In this document: positions 45,478 to 55,304 of the stretch, one piece after another | Layout: every line of letters begins with the position of its first letter | Numbering within the stretch: the stretch's first letter is position 1 | Source of the DNA: an uncultured Nitrososphaeraceae archaeon | GTDB taxonomy: Archaea; Thermoproteota; Nitrososphaeria; Nitrososphaerales; Nitrososphaeraceae | DNA length: 64,000 bases | Direction: 5' to 3' | NCBI GenBank assembly: GCA_963779615.1 | Contig: CAVZZA010000003.1 | Span: 704,001 to 768,000, forward strand | Notes under the pieces: model-generated | Databases searched by the model: none | What the model saw: the letters and a program-made list of their open reading frames with translations, nothing else | Told to the model about the DNA's origin: nothing | Made by a program: the position numbers and the translations under genes

Positions 45478-45799
45478 ACATAATAAAGAAAAAACGGGTT
45501 AAATAGGCAGTTGATAGTGTCTATTAAAATAGCAATATATCTCCATTGAAGCCATAGCTTTGAAAATATATTCAGCATCATTTCAACGGATAACAATACC
45601 AAAGATGTTTTTTATCGAAGTTGATGACTTCAATAATTCTCAATCAATCTCATGAACAAAACCATGTTTTATAACATATAAAAATCCAAAGTTAAGAACA
45701 ACAATAAAATAAGAATGAAACTTTCATAATATCAACAATACATCATTAGCAAAAAAGAAGTATGTACATCATTATAAGTATTTTTAATATTAGTACTAT

Positions 45800-46474
45800 A
45801 TGAATAGCAACATAGTAGATAAAGACGACGATAACACAATACAAAACACCATTAGCGATATATCACCTGACAAAAAAAATTCTTTTTCTTATGATGAAAA
45901 GGTAGCCAAAATAATTCCGTTGTTTGCGGACAACTTTACGGTTACAAAAAAAACTGAAGAATCAAATGTAACCCTATCAAAAAAATTTATAACAGCTACA
46001 AAGAAAATCGAGATACCTGTAAAATACGAAGAAATTTACATAAATGACAAAGAGTTTGACTCTTTTCATGAAAATGAAATAACAGGAATCCTTTCAAAAA
46101 TAAAAGACAGGATAACTGATGCTTTTACGCATGAGAAAGACAAAAATAGAGAAATTGATGGAGGGACCCACCCTCACTCACATGATATAGAAATCATACA
46201 CCATAAAAAGGACTCCCCTTTGGAATACCGAAATAACCCCAATGAAAAATTGGTACCACTTTTGGGGAATAAAAATAATTACAATTCCAATATAGAAGAA
46301 AACATCATACCAATATGGGGTGAGGAAATAATCATTAATAAGAGGATGGTAAAGCTGGGAGAAATTGTTATTAAAAAATATGAAATAAACGAAAAACAGA
46401 AGATAGACGTGGAAGTCAAAACAGAACAGCTAACTATCAAATACCCCGATCATAACAAGGAAAAAATAATATAG
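45800..46474 (+). CDS. YsnF/AvaK (DUF2382) domain protein
   Basis: IPLFADNFTVTKK, KKIEIPVKYEEIY, IPIWGEEIIINKRMVKLGEIVIKK. Confidence 0.8.
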   Translation: MNSNIVDKDDDNTIQNTISDISPDKKNSFSYDEKVAKIIPLFADNFTVTKKTEESNVTLSKKFITATKKIEIPVKYEEIYINDKEFDSFHENEITGILSKIKDRITDAFTHEKDKNREIDGGTHPHSHDIEIIHHKKDSPLEYRNNPNEKLVPLLGNKNNYNSNIEENIIPIWGEEIIINKRMVKLGEIVIKKYEINEKQKIDVEVKTEQLTIKYPDHNKEKII

Positions 46475-46533
46475 AGGTATGAAAAGAACAGGAGTTATAT
46501 GGTGAATATATACCTTGTTATTTAACAATATTC

Positions 46534-47295
46534 ATGTCATCAAGTAGCAACATAGACAATATTGATTGGAATAATGTAGTAAAGAAAGAAGCAATAGGAA
46601 CTGACGGTTTGGACCTGGGTACAGTCCATGCAGTTGGGGATACATACATTGTAACACAAAAAGGCCTGTTGAACAAAAAAAGATACCACATACCAATTTC
46701 TTCTGCAGAAAGTTTTGATGGAGAGATAGTTAAACTAAGAGTTAGTGAAAGCGAGTTACAAGGGTATGAAGAAAGCGAGGGTCAAAAATTTGAAGGGTAC
46801 TCCTCATTCAAATCCTCTGATATGTCAAAAGAGATAGAAACAAAGATTCCCGTAATGGGCGAAAATCTCGAAGTCAAGAAAAACATTACTGAAGATAAAA
46901 TAGACATTATAAAGGAACCCACAAAGGAAACAAGGACAGTAGAAATTGAGCTCAAACGTGAGATGGTAACAATTGAGAGAAGGCCCGTTAATTCAGAATC
47001 ATCTTCTTCATACAGTCCGTCGACGCAGTCTGCTTCTGAACAATACTCATCACCAATAGAGGGACCCGTAGAGTCCAGAACAGAAATATCCATTCCTTTA
47101 AAAAGAGAAGAACCGGTCATAACAAAAACACCGTATGTTAAGGAGGAAGTCATAGTAAAAAAGAAACCAATTACGGAAACAAAAACCATCACTGAAGAAA
47201 TAACAACTGAAAATATAAAATATGATAATGAAGTAAATAAAAGCATAGGAGAAAGAGACAAAAGTACCAATCAGCAGGAGAATGAGATTTTATAA
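46534..47295 (+). CDS. PRC-barrel-like + YsnF/AvaK (DUF2382) domain protein
   Basis: IDWNNVVKKEAIG..DLGTV; IPVMGENLEVKK, IPLKREEPVITKTPYVKEEVIVKK. Confidence 0.85.
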   Translation: MSSSSNIDNIDWNNVVKKEAIGTDGLDLGTVHAVGDTYIVTQKGLLNKKRYHIPISSAESFDGEIVKLRVSESELQGYEESEGQKFEGYSSFKSSDMSKEIETKIPVMGENLEVKKNITEDKIDIIKEPTKETRTVEIELKREMVTIERRPVNSESSSSYSPSTQSASEQYSSPIEGPVESRTEISIPLKREEPVITKTPYVKEEVIVKKKPITETKTITEEITTENIKYDNEVNKSIGERDKSTNQQENEIL

Positions 47296-47687
47296 ACAAA
47301 TTTTATGACTTCAATATTGATTCATTTTCGTTGAAACTCAATAAATCTGCCCATTATTTTTTTTTACATCATTAAGCGAGTTTATCAATTTGATGAACAA
47401 ATGCTTTAGTATTTTAGCAAATCATTTGGTAGTATTTCCATGCATATATTTAACAGTAGATTAAGGTTAATTCTTTATTCAAATTAATTACTTTCAACAC
47501 TCACATATTTCATTAGCATTTATGGTTTTGGTGCATCTTGTGAATTTGGGTTAAACTGCAATCCTTTTTACAATACCATCATCATTCTTATTCTTTACCA
47601 AAAAAGAATATGCTTTAATAATATTAAATAATAAGTTATTTTACAGTACTTTCTTTTTTAAAAGAATTTATCTTAATGCATTATTTA

Positions 47688-47903
47688 TTATTGATTAGTT
47701 TCAGATCTTTCGATTTTAAAACCGATCCTTACCTCTGCCTGGTATTCTATTTTTTGTTCGCTATCGAGCCTAAATGTTACTTTGCCCATTTCTCCCCATT
47801 GAATTTTTTTTACAGTCTTTGATGCTTCCTTGAATGCATTGTTAACAGCATCAGTGATATCAGTGCTTGAAGTTCCTACAATATCTATATATTTATAAAC
47901 CAT
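47688..47903 (-). CDS. Dodecin family flavin-binding protein
   Basis: VYKYIDIVGTS...I.DAV.NA..EASKTV..I.W.E, EYQAEVRIGFKI. Confidence 0.9.
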   Translation of the reverse strand: MVYKYIDIVGTSSTDITDAVNNAFKEASKTVKKIQWGEMGKVTFRLDSEQKIEYQAEVRIGFKIERSETNQ

Positions 47904-48004
47904 AGATATGCATAAGTATTGTTACTTAAAAATTTTTTATTACGAAGCAAATTTGAATTCAAATGCAGCCAAAAATAATATATGATATAAATATTTATTT
48001 TCTC

Positions 48005-48347
48005 ATGGAAACTACTAAAATATCAAATTTTCAAAAAAGAAATGAAAATTCAATTAGGCTGTTAGCATCTATTAAAGCAAAAAAAAGGAATGGGAAGAGA
48101 ACCTCTAGAAATTTTATCAAAATTGGTAGAACCCACGCTTGAAGAAGAGGGCAACATATCAGGTGTTCCTCATGTTTCAATAGAGAATCCTAACGTGATA
48201 TTGTTTGATGAAATATGGATGGATAATACCTCATTGGATGAACACTTTGAAAAACAATATATGACTAATCTGCTTGCAGACATAGGGCATTTGATTGACG
48301 AACCAATCGTTTTGAAGAAATACAAGGAGGCATTTATTAATAAATAA
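48005..48347 (+). pseudogene. Antibiotic-biosynthesis-monooxygenase (YgiN-like) gene with frameshift in an A8 run
   Basis: ATG 48005 frame ..IRLLASIKAKK joins GMGREPLEILSKLVEPTLEEEGNI..ENPNVILFDEIW....LDEHF if A8 (48079-48086) were A7. Confidence 0.7.
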
Positions 48348-48678
48348 CTAACCAAACTTTACATGCAATTGAACCTGCAATTACTGATGATTGTGATAAC
48401 AACTACATCCATCAACATCTTATCAGGCATTATTTTATCGATATTTTTTGAATATATTGAGTCTCAAATCAATATCATTCCATCGAAGGGTATTACTAGC
48501 CGCAAAGAACCTCAATGAAGAAAAATATTTAACAATTTAAAAAAATTCAATCAGTATGACAGCATAAGCAACCTATACAAGAATCAATAAAAAACTGGAA
48601 TAAATGACTTCAGAAAAAATAGATTGCGAATAAGAACATGCTTATATCAATCTTCGCTAAACTCATATTAATAATAAA

Positions 48679-49653
48679 ATGGTTGACCTAATTTACGGTA
48701 GAGGCATTGCAGACATATGCAGAGAGATGCCATTTTACATTAGTCTAATTAAAAAATACATCGGCATAAAAATATTCAATTCTAAACATTACATTTATGG
48801 TTCAGTAGACATAAACAACATCTGTAATTTACATTGTACTCATTGCTATTGGTGGCTAAATAGAAAAAATGAGGAGGAGGAGCTAACAACAAATCAATGG
48901 AGAAAAATCATTGGAGAAAAATTCAAAAAAGAAAAAATATTTGTCACTACACTAATTGGCGGTGAACCCCTACTTCGCCCCGACATCATAAAAATTTTTT
49001 GTGACGAAATGCCAAAAAGAGTTTGCGTTGTTACAAATGGCACTTTACCAATACCCAGATTTGATAATATTTATTTTTACTGGATATCACTTGATGGAAC
49101 AGAATCCGTACATGACAATATACGAGGCAAAGGCTCATACAAAAAAACAAAAGATAATATTTTAAAGTATACCTCAGGTCCCAATCGCAATGGCAAACCT
49201 GCATGGAAGGATATTTGGATTACGATGACCCTCAATACCCTGAATTTTCACTCCGTAAAAGAACTTGTAGAAGAATGGAAAGACAAAGTGAATAAAATCG
49301 GATTTCAATTTCATACGCCTTTTGTAAAAAACGATCCTCTTTGGATCCCTTACGGCGAAGAGCGTAATAAAATAGTCAATGAATTAATTCAATTACAAAA
49401 AAAATACCCCAAATTTGTAATAAATAACGAAAAGCAGCTAACGCTAATGAAAGGAAACTGGGGGGGCAAAGGTACAACACCCATTGAATGCCCAACGTGG
49501 GCAATACTTTCTTTAGACCACAAAGGAAAAGAAAAGAGACCCTGCTGTATCGGTAGTTCGGACCCTAAGGGATTAAAACCCATATGTGAGGATTGCGGCC
49601 TTGGATGCTACTCGGTACTTGTTGCTCAAGGCATAAAAGAAAAGTATCTGTAA
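48679..49653 (+). CDS. Radical SAM protein with C-terminal Cys-rich domain
   Basis: CNLHCTHC, GGEPLL, VTNG, ISLDG...HD.IRG; C-terminal CPTW..PCC..CEDCGLGC. Confidence 0.9.
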   Translation: MVDLIYGRGIADICREMPFYISLIKKYIGIKIFNSKHYIYGSVDINNICNLHCTHCYWWLNRKNEEEELTTNQWRKIIGEKFKKEKIFVTTLIGGEPLLRPDIIKIFCDEMPKRVCVVTNGTLPIPRFDNIYFYWISLDGTESVHDNIRGKGSYKKTKDNILKYTSGPNRNGKPAWKDIWITMTLNTLNFHSVKELVEEWKDKVNKIGFQFHTPFVKNDPLWIPYGEERNKIVNELIQLQKKYPKFVINNEKQLTLMKGNWGGKGTTPIECPTWAILSLDHKGKEKRPCCIGSSDPKGLKPICEDCGLGCYSVLVAQGIKEKYL

Positions 49654-50014
49654 AAGTATGCGCATTTGTATAATAAAAATAATAAAGACGGTAAAAGACA
49701 CCCTATTCAGTTGTCATTTATTTTTCATATCAAAAACACAGAGCAAAAAATACTAAAAGCCGGTAAAGCAATAGCAATCTATCTTCTCAAGCATAATACC
49801 ATATTCCTATCCGCATAATTGTGAGTTTATATTTTAAATTACAACTGTCATATGAAAACACCTCACAACGCAGAAACAGATCAAATTTAATATCGATACT
49901 CACACATTAAAATCAAATGAATTTTTGTTTTGAAATGAAAAAAACAAAACAATAATTAATTTATATCTATATTGTATTGTTTAACTAAAACAAAATTAAT
50001 GTTGTAATTTAATT

Positions 50015-50386
50015 CTAAGTAGTAGTAGCGGCAGCAGCAGTATCTTCGATTAACTTTTTTAATATATGTCGATGGCATCGAGGGTCAGATTCATCCTCAT
50101 AACATAAAAGAACAACGTCATTGTTTTTTGAATAATCTTTGATCCATTTTATTTTAGATTTTGCATGTAAAGTAACCATTTCCTTGCAATATAAAGCGAC
50201 AAACTCATCCCAGGTGATTTTTTTTTGTTCAAGTTTATCAAACAACAACCGGGATGGAGACACATCATCAAACCATGCATCTATTTTTGTTTGAAGTGAA
50301 TAAGAGAGAAATGTTGTTACCGCAATTTTATAAAAATCATTTCTATAGTTTTTTAAGTTTGACAATGAATCGGTATAAACAGTCAT
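50015..50386 (-). CDS. DUF488 family protein
   Basis: W..DVSPS..L, W.EF...Y..EM, VVLLCYE....RCHRHIL. Confidence 0.8.
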   Translation of the reverse strand: MTVYTDSLSNLKNYRNDFYKIAVTTFLSYSLQTKIDAWFDDVSPSRLLFDKLEQKKITWDEFVALYCKEMVTLHAKSKIKWIKDYSKNNDVVLLCYEDESDPRCHRHILKKLIEDTAAAATTT

Positions 50387-50608
50387 GTTTAATACTCAAC
50401 AGCATCATATTTTAAAATTAGTTTAACATCCAGCCATTTTATCTTTTTTAAACAAACCTATGACAATCATTAAACACCACAAAAAGCGTTAAAAACAACA
50501 ACAAAATCAATGGTAATAAAGACACCAGGAATCTGCACTGAATTCCATAAAGTTAAGATGTTTCACTATTTAAATAGAAGACCATCAATTAATTACAGTT
50601 GTTAATAG

Positions 50609-51463
50609 ATGCCAAATGAATACGCTTATCCTGAAGTTTTAGTTGATACACAGTGGACGGAAGAGCACATCAACGACCCAAAGGTCAGAATTGCAGAAGT
50701 AGATTATGATCCAAAGACCAATTACTTTCTAGGGCATGTTCCTGGGGCAGTCTTGTTTGATTGGAAACAGGACATTAATGATCCTGTAAGTAGAAATGTA
50801 CTTTCAAAGCAAGCGTGTGAAAAACTACTTTCTGAAAAAGCAGGATTAAATGACGATTCAACTCTAGTTCTATATGGCGACTTTAATAACTGGTTTGCAG
50901 CTTTTGCGTTTTGGGTTTTCAAATACTACGGATACAAAGACATCAAAATAATGAATGGGGGAAGAAAGAAATGGCTCGAAGAAGACAGACAAATTGAAAA
51001 AGACAGCCCAACGTTTCCAGGCGGAAACTTTAAATCCAAAGACCCTGATGAAAAAATTAGGACCTACTTAAACTCTGTTTCAAATTCAATAAACAAACAT
51101 GAATCTACAGTTTTGGTTGACGTAAGATCCCCACAAGAATTTTCAGGAGAGATAACCGCACCGCCAGAATATCCTACAGAACATGCCCAACGTGGAGGCC
51201 ATATTCCTGGAGCGGTAAACATACCTTGGGCAAAAGCAGTAAACGAGGATGGAACCTTTAAATCGGTTGAAGAATTAAAAAAACTTTATCAAGAAAAAGG
51301 CGTTACATCAGAAAAGGAAATAATATCATATTGCAGAATAGGCGAGCGTTCATCTCACACATGGTTTGTGCTAAAGTATCTGCTGGGTTATCCAAATGTG
51401 AAAAATTATGATGGCTCCTGGACTGAATGGGGAAATATGATTGGAAATCCAATTGAAAAATAA
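50609..51463 (+). CDS. Tandem-domain rhodanese / thiosulfate sulfurtransferase
   Basis: GHVPGAV, MNGG..KW, VDVRSP.EF.G, GHIPGA, active loop YCRIGERS, YDGSWTEWG. Confidence 0.95.
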   Translation: MPNEYAYPEVLVDTQWTEEHINDPKVRIAEVDYDPKTNYFLGHVPGAVLFDWKQDINDPVSRNVLSKQACEKLLSEKAGLNDDSTLVLYGDFNNWFAAFAFWVFKYYGYKDIKIMNGGRKKWLEEDRQIEKDSPTFPGGNFKSKDPDEKIRTYLNSVSNSINKHESTVLVDVRSPQEFSGEITAPPEYPTEHAQRGGHIPGAVNIPWAKAVNEDGTFKSVEELKKLYQEKGVTSEKEIISYCRIGERSSHTWFVLKYLLGYPNVKNYDGSWTEWGNMIGNPIEK

Positions 51464-51523
51464 TTAACCCTTTTTTATTGAGTTTTTTGTTTGTTATTAA
51501 TTATCCATATCTTATTTTCAACA

Positions 51524-52264
51524 TTAACGTAATTTTTTAATCAAAATATGAAATAAATAGTTGGGGCCATTAGATTTTTTTATCTCGTTTTTCTCCATAA
51601 TTATTTCGGTCAACTCTTGTTTTTTCTCCTCAATCCAACGGGGCACCTCCAGGTCAGCAGTGGGGTCATCTGAAACAAGGTGTACGATGTGACCAATTTT
51701 CATTTTAGTGTACATAAAATCATCCAGTTTCGCCAAAGTTGCCGAGCATTCGGTTCCCAACTCATACATTTCAAAATCCGGAAAATTCTTGAAGCATTTT
51801 ACATTGAATTTTTTTATCAATGAAGAAATTTCACCTTTGCATTGGTCGATTGACTGTAATGCCTCAAAGTTTTTGGTGTCAAAGGGTTTTATTTTTGCTA
51901 TCCATCCATATTCAAATGGGGAATCATTTACTAATTTTGGATTGGACAGCAAATCCTTGTTGATTTTCACAATTTTTCCGGATATTGGAGACCGGATAAC
52001 CCCAAAATAACTCAAGCTTTCTATCGTACCCAAGCTTTTACCTTTGTTAATGATCTCACCTTCTGATTTAAGTCTGATTTTTTGAATTTTTCCGGCTATA
52101 TAAGATAATACGGGCATTAAGCCAACATTCACAACCACAGATTCGCTGCTGAATTCTGTTTTTTTGTCACCAAAATTCATATCGGCCCAAGTGAAATTTT
52201 GGGTATCATATAAATACTCAGATGGGAATTTACAATTATCAATCTTTGTAGTTATCGAAGGCAT
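51524..52264 (-). CDS. Glycine-cleavage-H-like domain fused to a TusA/SirA-like domain
   Basis: GcvH-like GTIES....VIRSPISGKIV.IN..L..NP.LVN.SPF..GWIAKI; SirA-like G.EC...L......G..V.LVSDDPTA..EVPRW..F.ILIKK. Confidence 0.8.
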   Translation of the reverse strand: MPSITTKIDNCKFPSEYLYDTQNFTWADMNFGDKKTEFSSESVVVNVGLMPVLSYIAGKIQKIRLKSEGEIINKGKSLGTIESLSYFGVIRSPISGKIVKINKDLLSNPKLVNDSPFEYGWIAKIKPFDTKNFEALQSIDQCKGEISSLIKKFNVKCFKNFPDFEMYELGTECSATLAKLDDFMYTKMKIGHIVHLVSDDPTADLEVPRWIEEKKQELTEIIMEKNEIKKSNGPNYLFHILIKKLR

Positions 52265-52338
52265 TTTTACATTACTAACAATAAAAGAATTAATTTAAGG
52301 ATATGGCCCTCTTTACGCATCAGCGTCGCCAAATTACA

Positions 52339-54114
52339 TCATTTAACCGTGACAGATTTAGCAAGGTTCCTGGGATAGTCAGGATCGACTTGCATTTTAA
52401 GAGCTAAATAATATGCCATAATCTGTAGTGGAATCACCTCTATAATTGGATAAATATAATCTACACAATCAGGCAGTTCAATGTAAAAATCGTAAACATC
52501 ATTATTCTTGTTTGAAATCCCAATAATAATAGCACCCCTTGATTTAATTTCATTTGCGCTTGAAATAACATCCTGATATGTCTGGTCAACAGGATTTAAT
52601 ACAATAACCAGGGATTTGGTATCTATTAGAGCCAAAGGACCATGTTTAAGTTCTCCTGCTGCTATACCCTCTGCGTGAATATATGCTAATTCTTTTATTT
52701 TTAGTGACCCCTCTAGAGCAATTGGGTAATGAATCGACCTACCCAAAATGTAGATATCCCTAATTTCACTATCAAGCCCAGCCACTAAAGATTTTATTCT
52801 GCTGTCCAGTTCCAAAGTTTTTTCTACATCCTTTAGCAGTTTTTTTTGGGCATCTCCCTGCAGGTTAAGTCGATTCTCTGCCAACATATTCACAATATTA
52901 TAAACAACCATGAGCTGTGCAATAAAACTTTTAGTTGCAGCAACACCTATTTCAGGCCCACAATTCAAAACAAGGACAGAGTCACTTAGCCTTGCCAGGG
53001 ATGATGTTGGAATGTTAATGATTGACACTATTTTAGCTCCCTGCTCCTTGGCTTTTTTTACTGAATTCATAACGTCCGCTGTTTCACCGCTTTGGGAAAT
53101 GGCGATAACTACAGAATCAGCCTCTATGTTATCTGAAAAATAATGAAATTCACTTGACACTATAACCTCGGACCTGATTTTTGCGAATTTTGCCAATAGA
53201 TGTTTTGCCAATAACCCAGAATGATAGCTTGTTCCGCTGCCAGTTATATACACATGTGAGGCATTTTTGATATAGCTGCAAAATTGGTGAAAATCATTAT
53301 TTTTGTTGATGGATTTGAATAGTATGGAGGGCTGTTCGTAAATTTCTTTTATTGTATGGTGTGCAAATTTTCCCTTTTCAGCAGACCCCAGTTCCCAAGC
53401 AACCTGTGTGATGGGCCTGGTTACTTTTTTATTATTAACGTCAAATATGCGATATTTTCTGTCTTCTATAATAACAATATCGCCGTTATCTAAAAATACA
53501 GACTTGTCAGTATATTTTAAAAATCCAAGGACATCACTCGACAAGAAAAGGGCAGAAGGTGAGACCCCTATTATCAGCGGCTCATCGAATCTGGCTCCAC
53601 AAACCAACCCGTTTTTGAAAATAGCCACAAAGGCAAAAGAGCCCTGCAAGGTTTTGCAAGTTTCTATAAGAGATTTTTCATAATCAAAATGAAACTCTTT
53701 GAGGTTTTTTTCTAAAAGATGTGGAATAACTTCACTATCCGTTTGACTTTTAAATACATGGCCTTCCCTGGCTAATTCTTCTTTTAATTCATGATAATTA
53801 TCGATTATACCGTTATGAACAACAGCTATATCGGCTGAGCACGAAAAATGAGGATGTGCGTTTTTGTCACTTACACCGCCATGTGTAGCCCATCTGGTGT
53901 GCCCTATTCCCACTTGTCCTGGCAGTTTGTTTAGTTCCAAATTTTTATCAACCTCGGCTACCTTTCCTACGCCTTTGCTGATCAAAATTTTTCCATTATT
54001 TATGGTTGCAATTCCAACACTATCATAGCCTCTGTATTCCATTTTTTTTAGGCTCTCGACCAACAAGGGAGCCGCTTGAATTAATTGTCCATTGTAACCA
54101 ATAATAGAACACAC
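52339..54114 (-). CDS. glmS: Glutamine--fructose-6-phosphate aminotransferase
   Basis: N-terminal MCSIIG, EYRGYDS, GHTRWATHG, SQSGETAD, GELKHGP, PRNLAKSVTV. Confidence 0.97.
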   Translation of the reverse strand: MCSIIGYNGQLIQAAPLLVESLKKMEYRGYDSVGIATINNGKILISKGVGKVAEVDKNLELNKLPGQVGIGHTRWATHGGVSDKNAHPHFSCSADIAVVHNGIIDNYHELKEELAREGHVFKSQTDSEVIPHLLEKNLKEFHFDYEKSLIETCKTLQGSFAFVAIFKNGLVCGARFDEPLIIGVSPSALFLSSDVLGFLKYTDKSVFLDNGDIVIIEDRKYRIFDVNNKKVTRPITQVAWELGSAEKGKFAHHTIKEIYEQPSILFKSINKNNDFHQFCSYIKNASHVYITGSGTSYHSGLLAKHLLAKFAKIRSEVIVSSEFHYFSDNIEADSVVIAISQSGETADVMNSVKKAKEQGAKIVSIINIPTSSLARLSDSVLVLNCGPEIGVAATKSFIAQLMVVYNIVNMLAENRLNLQGDAQKKLLKDVEKTLELDSRIKSLVAGLDSEIRDIYILGRSIHYPIALEGSLKIKELAYIHAEGIAAGELKHGPLALIDTKSLVIVLNPVDQTYQDVISSANEIKSRGAIIIGISNKNNDVYDFYIELPDCVDYIYPIIEVIPLQIMAYYLALKMQVDPDYPRNLAKSVTVK

Positions 54115-54286
54115 AATAAATTAGTTAATACAAATGATTTAAAACCTTTATTAAATAAAATACTATACCATTATACGGTTAATTATAACTTATTTGCATT
54201 TTTTAGGATAATCATGGATAAAACAGCACTTAGCTGTACATCAAAATTTATACCAGTAAAAAAAATATTATAACAGGTGGCGTGAA

Positions 54287-55276
54287 ATGGCGTCTGAAAA
54301 AAAGTTAATTTATGAAAAAGAAGGCAAAATATTTGAAAAAAAAATTAGCATCCTGGAAAACGAAAGGAAGATTCAGATTCTATCTAATCCCGTAGCATGG
54401 AAAATCTTAAGGTCAATATCTGAAAAACCAAAATATGCAGCTCAAATAGCAAAGGATTTGAAAATTTATGAGCAAAGTGCCTACTACTATATCAAAAAAC
54501 TAATCTCAATAGAGGCAGTTAAAGAATCCGGGACAGTGTTTGTTCAGGGTGGAACAGCAAAACTCTATCAGTGCTCAAGCCCATCTTTTGGAATAGAAAT
54601 GCCATGGGGTGAAAAGCAGTTGATCAGTAAAAATACAGAAAAAGAAAAAAATAACAGCAACAATGAAACTACAAGAAATTTCCTAAAAGGGTTCATCAAT
54701 AAAGAGAATTATTTTGATGGTTTGGTAATTGTGGGCTCCCCCAATCCCCACGGCATTTTTAAAACATCAGCTAGGGATGGGCATTATGCAATTCATCTGG
54801 CTTTTTATTTGGGTACACTGTGCAACATACCTCAAGGGTTTATTGTAAAACTTGATGAAGACGCAAAAGCAGAAAAAGAATTGGAAGATAATAATTTATT
54901 GGTTATAGGAGGCCCAGGGACAAACATAGTATCCTCGGAATTTAATAGATATTTGCCGATAAGATTCAATGAAGATAATTATTGGTCAGGTCTGGTGGAC
55001 AAAACTGATAAGATATACCATTTGGACAATTTAGGAATCATCGCCAAGGTAAAAAACCCTTTCAATAAATCAAAAAACATCATCTTGATTGCAGGAGTCA
55101 GATCAATAGGCACCAAATCAGCCGTGATAGCATTTACTAATTTTGGTAAAAAAACATTTGTAGACTATACAGGAAATGAAAATGAGTGGGCTGTGATTGT
55201 TCAAGGATATGATATGGATAGTGATGGAAAAATTGATTATGTGGACATTGTAAAAGTCGAAACAGATATCAAATAA
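54287..55276 (+). CDS. ArsR-like wHTH regulator fused to a C-terminal alpha/beta domain
   Basis: LSNPVAWKIL..PKYAAQIAKDL..EQSAYYYIKKL..GGTAKLY; C-terminal NLLVIGGPGTN, IAGVRSIGTKSAV. Confidence 0.75.
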   Translation: MASEKKLIYEKEGKIFEKKISILENERKIQILSNPVAWKILRSISEKPKYAAQIAKDLKIYEQSAYYYIKKLISIEAVKESGTVFVQGGTAKLYQCSSPSFGIEMPWGEKQLISKNTEKEKNNSNNETTRNFLKGFINKENYFDGLVIVGSPNPHGIFKTSARDGHYAIHLAFYLGTLCNIPQGFIVKLDEDAKAEKELEDNNLLVIGGPGTNIVSSEFNRYLPIRFNEDNYWSGLVDKTDKIYHLDNLGIIAKVKNPFNKSKNIILIAGVRSIGTKSAVIAFTNFGKKTFVDYTGNENEWAVIVQGYDMDSDGKIDYVDIVKVETDIK

Positions 55277-55304
55277 TAACAAAAAGTTATTTCATAATCA
55301 TGAC

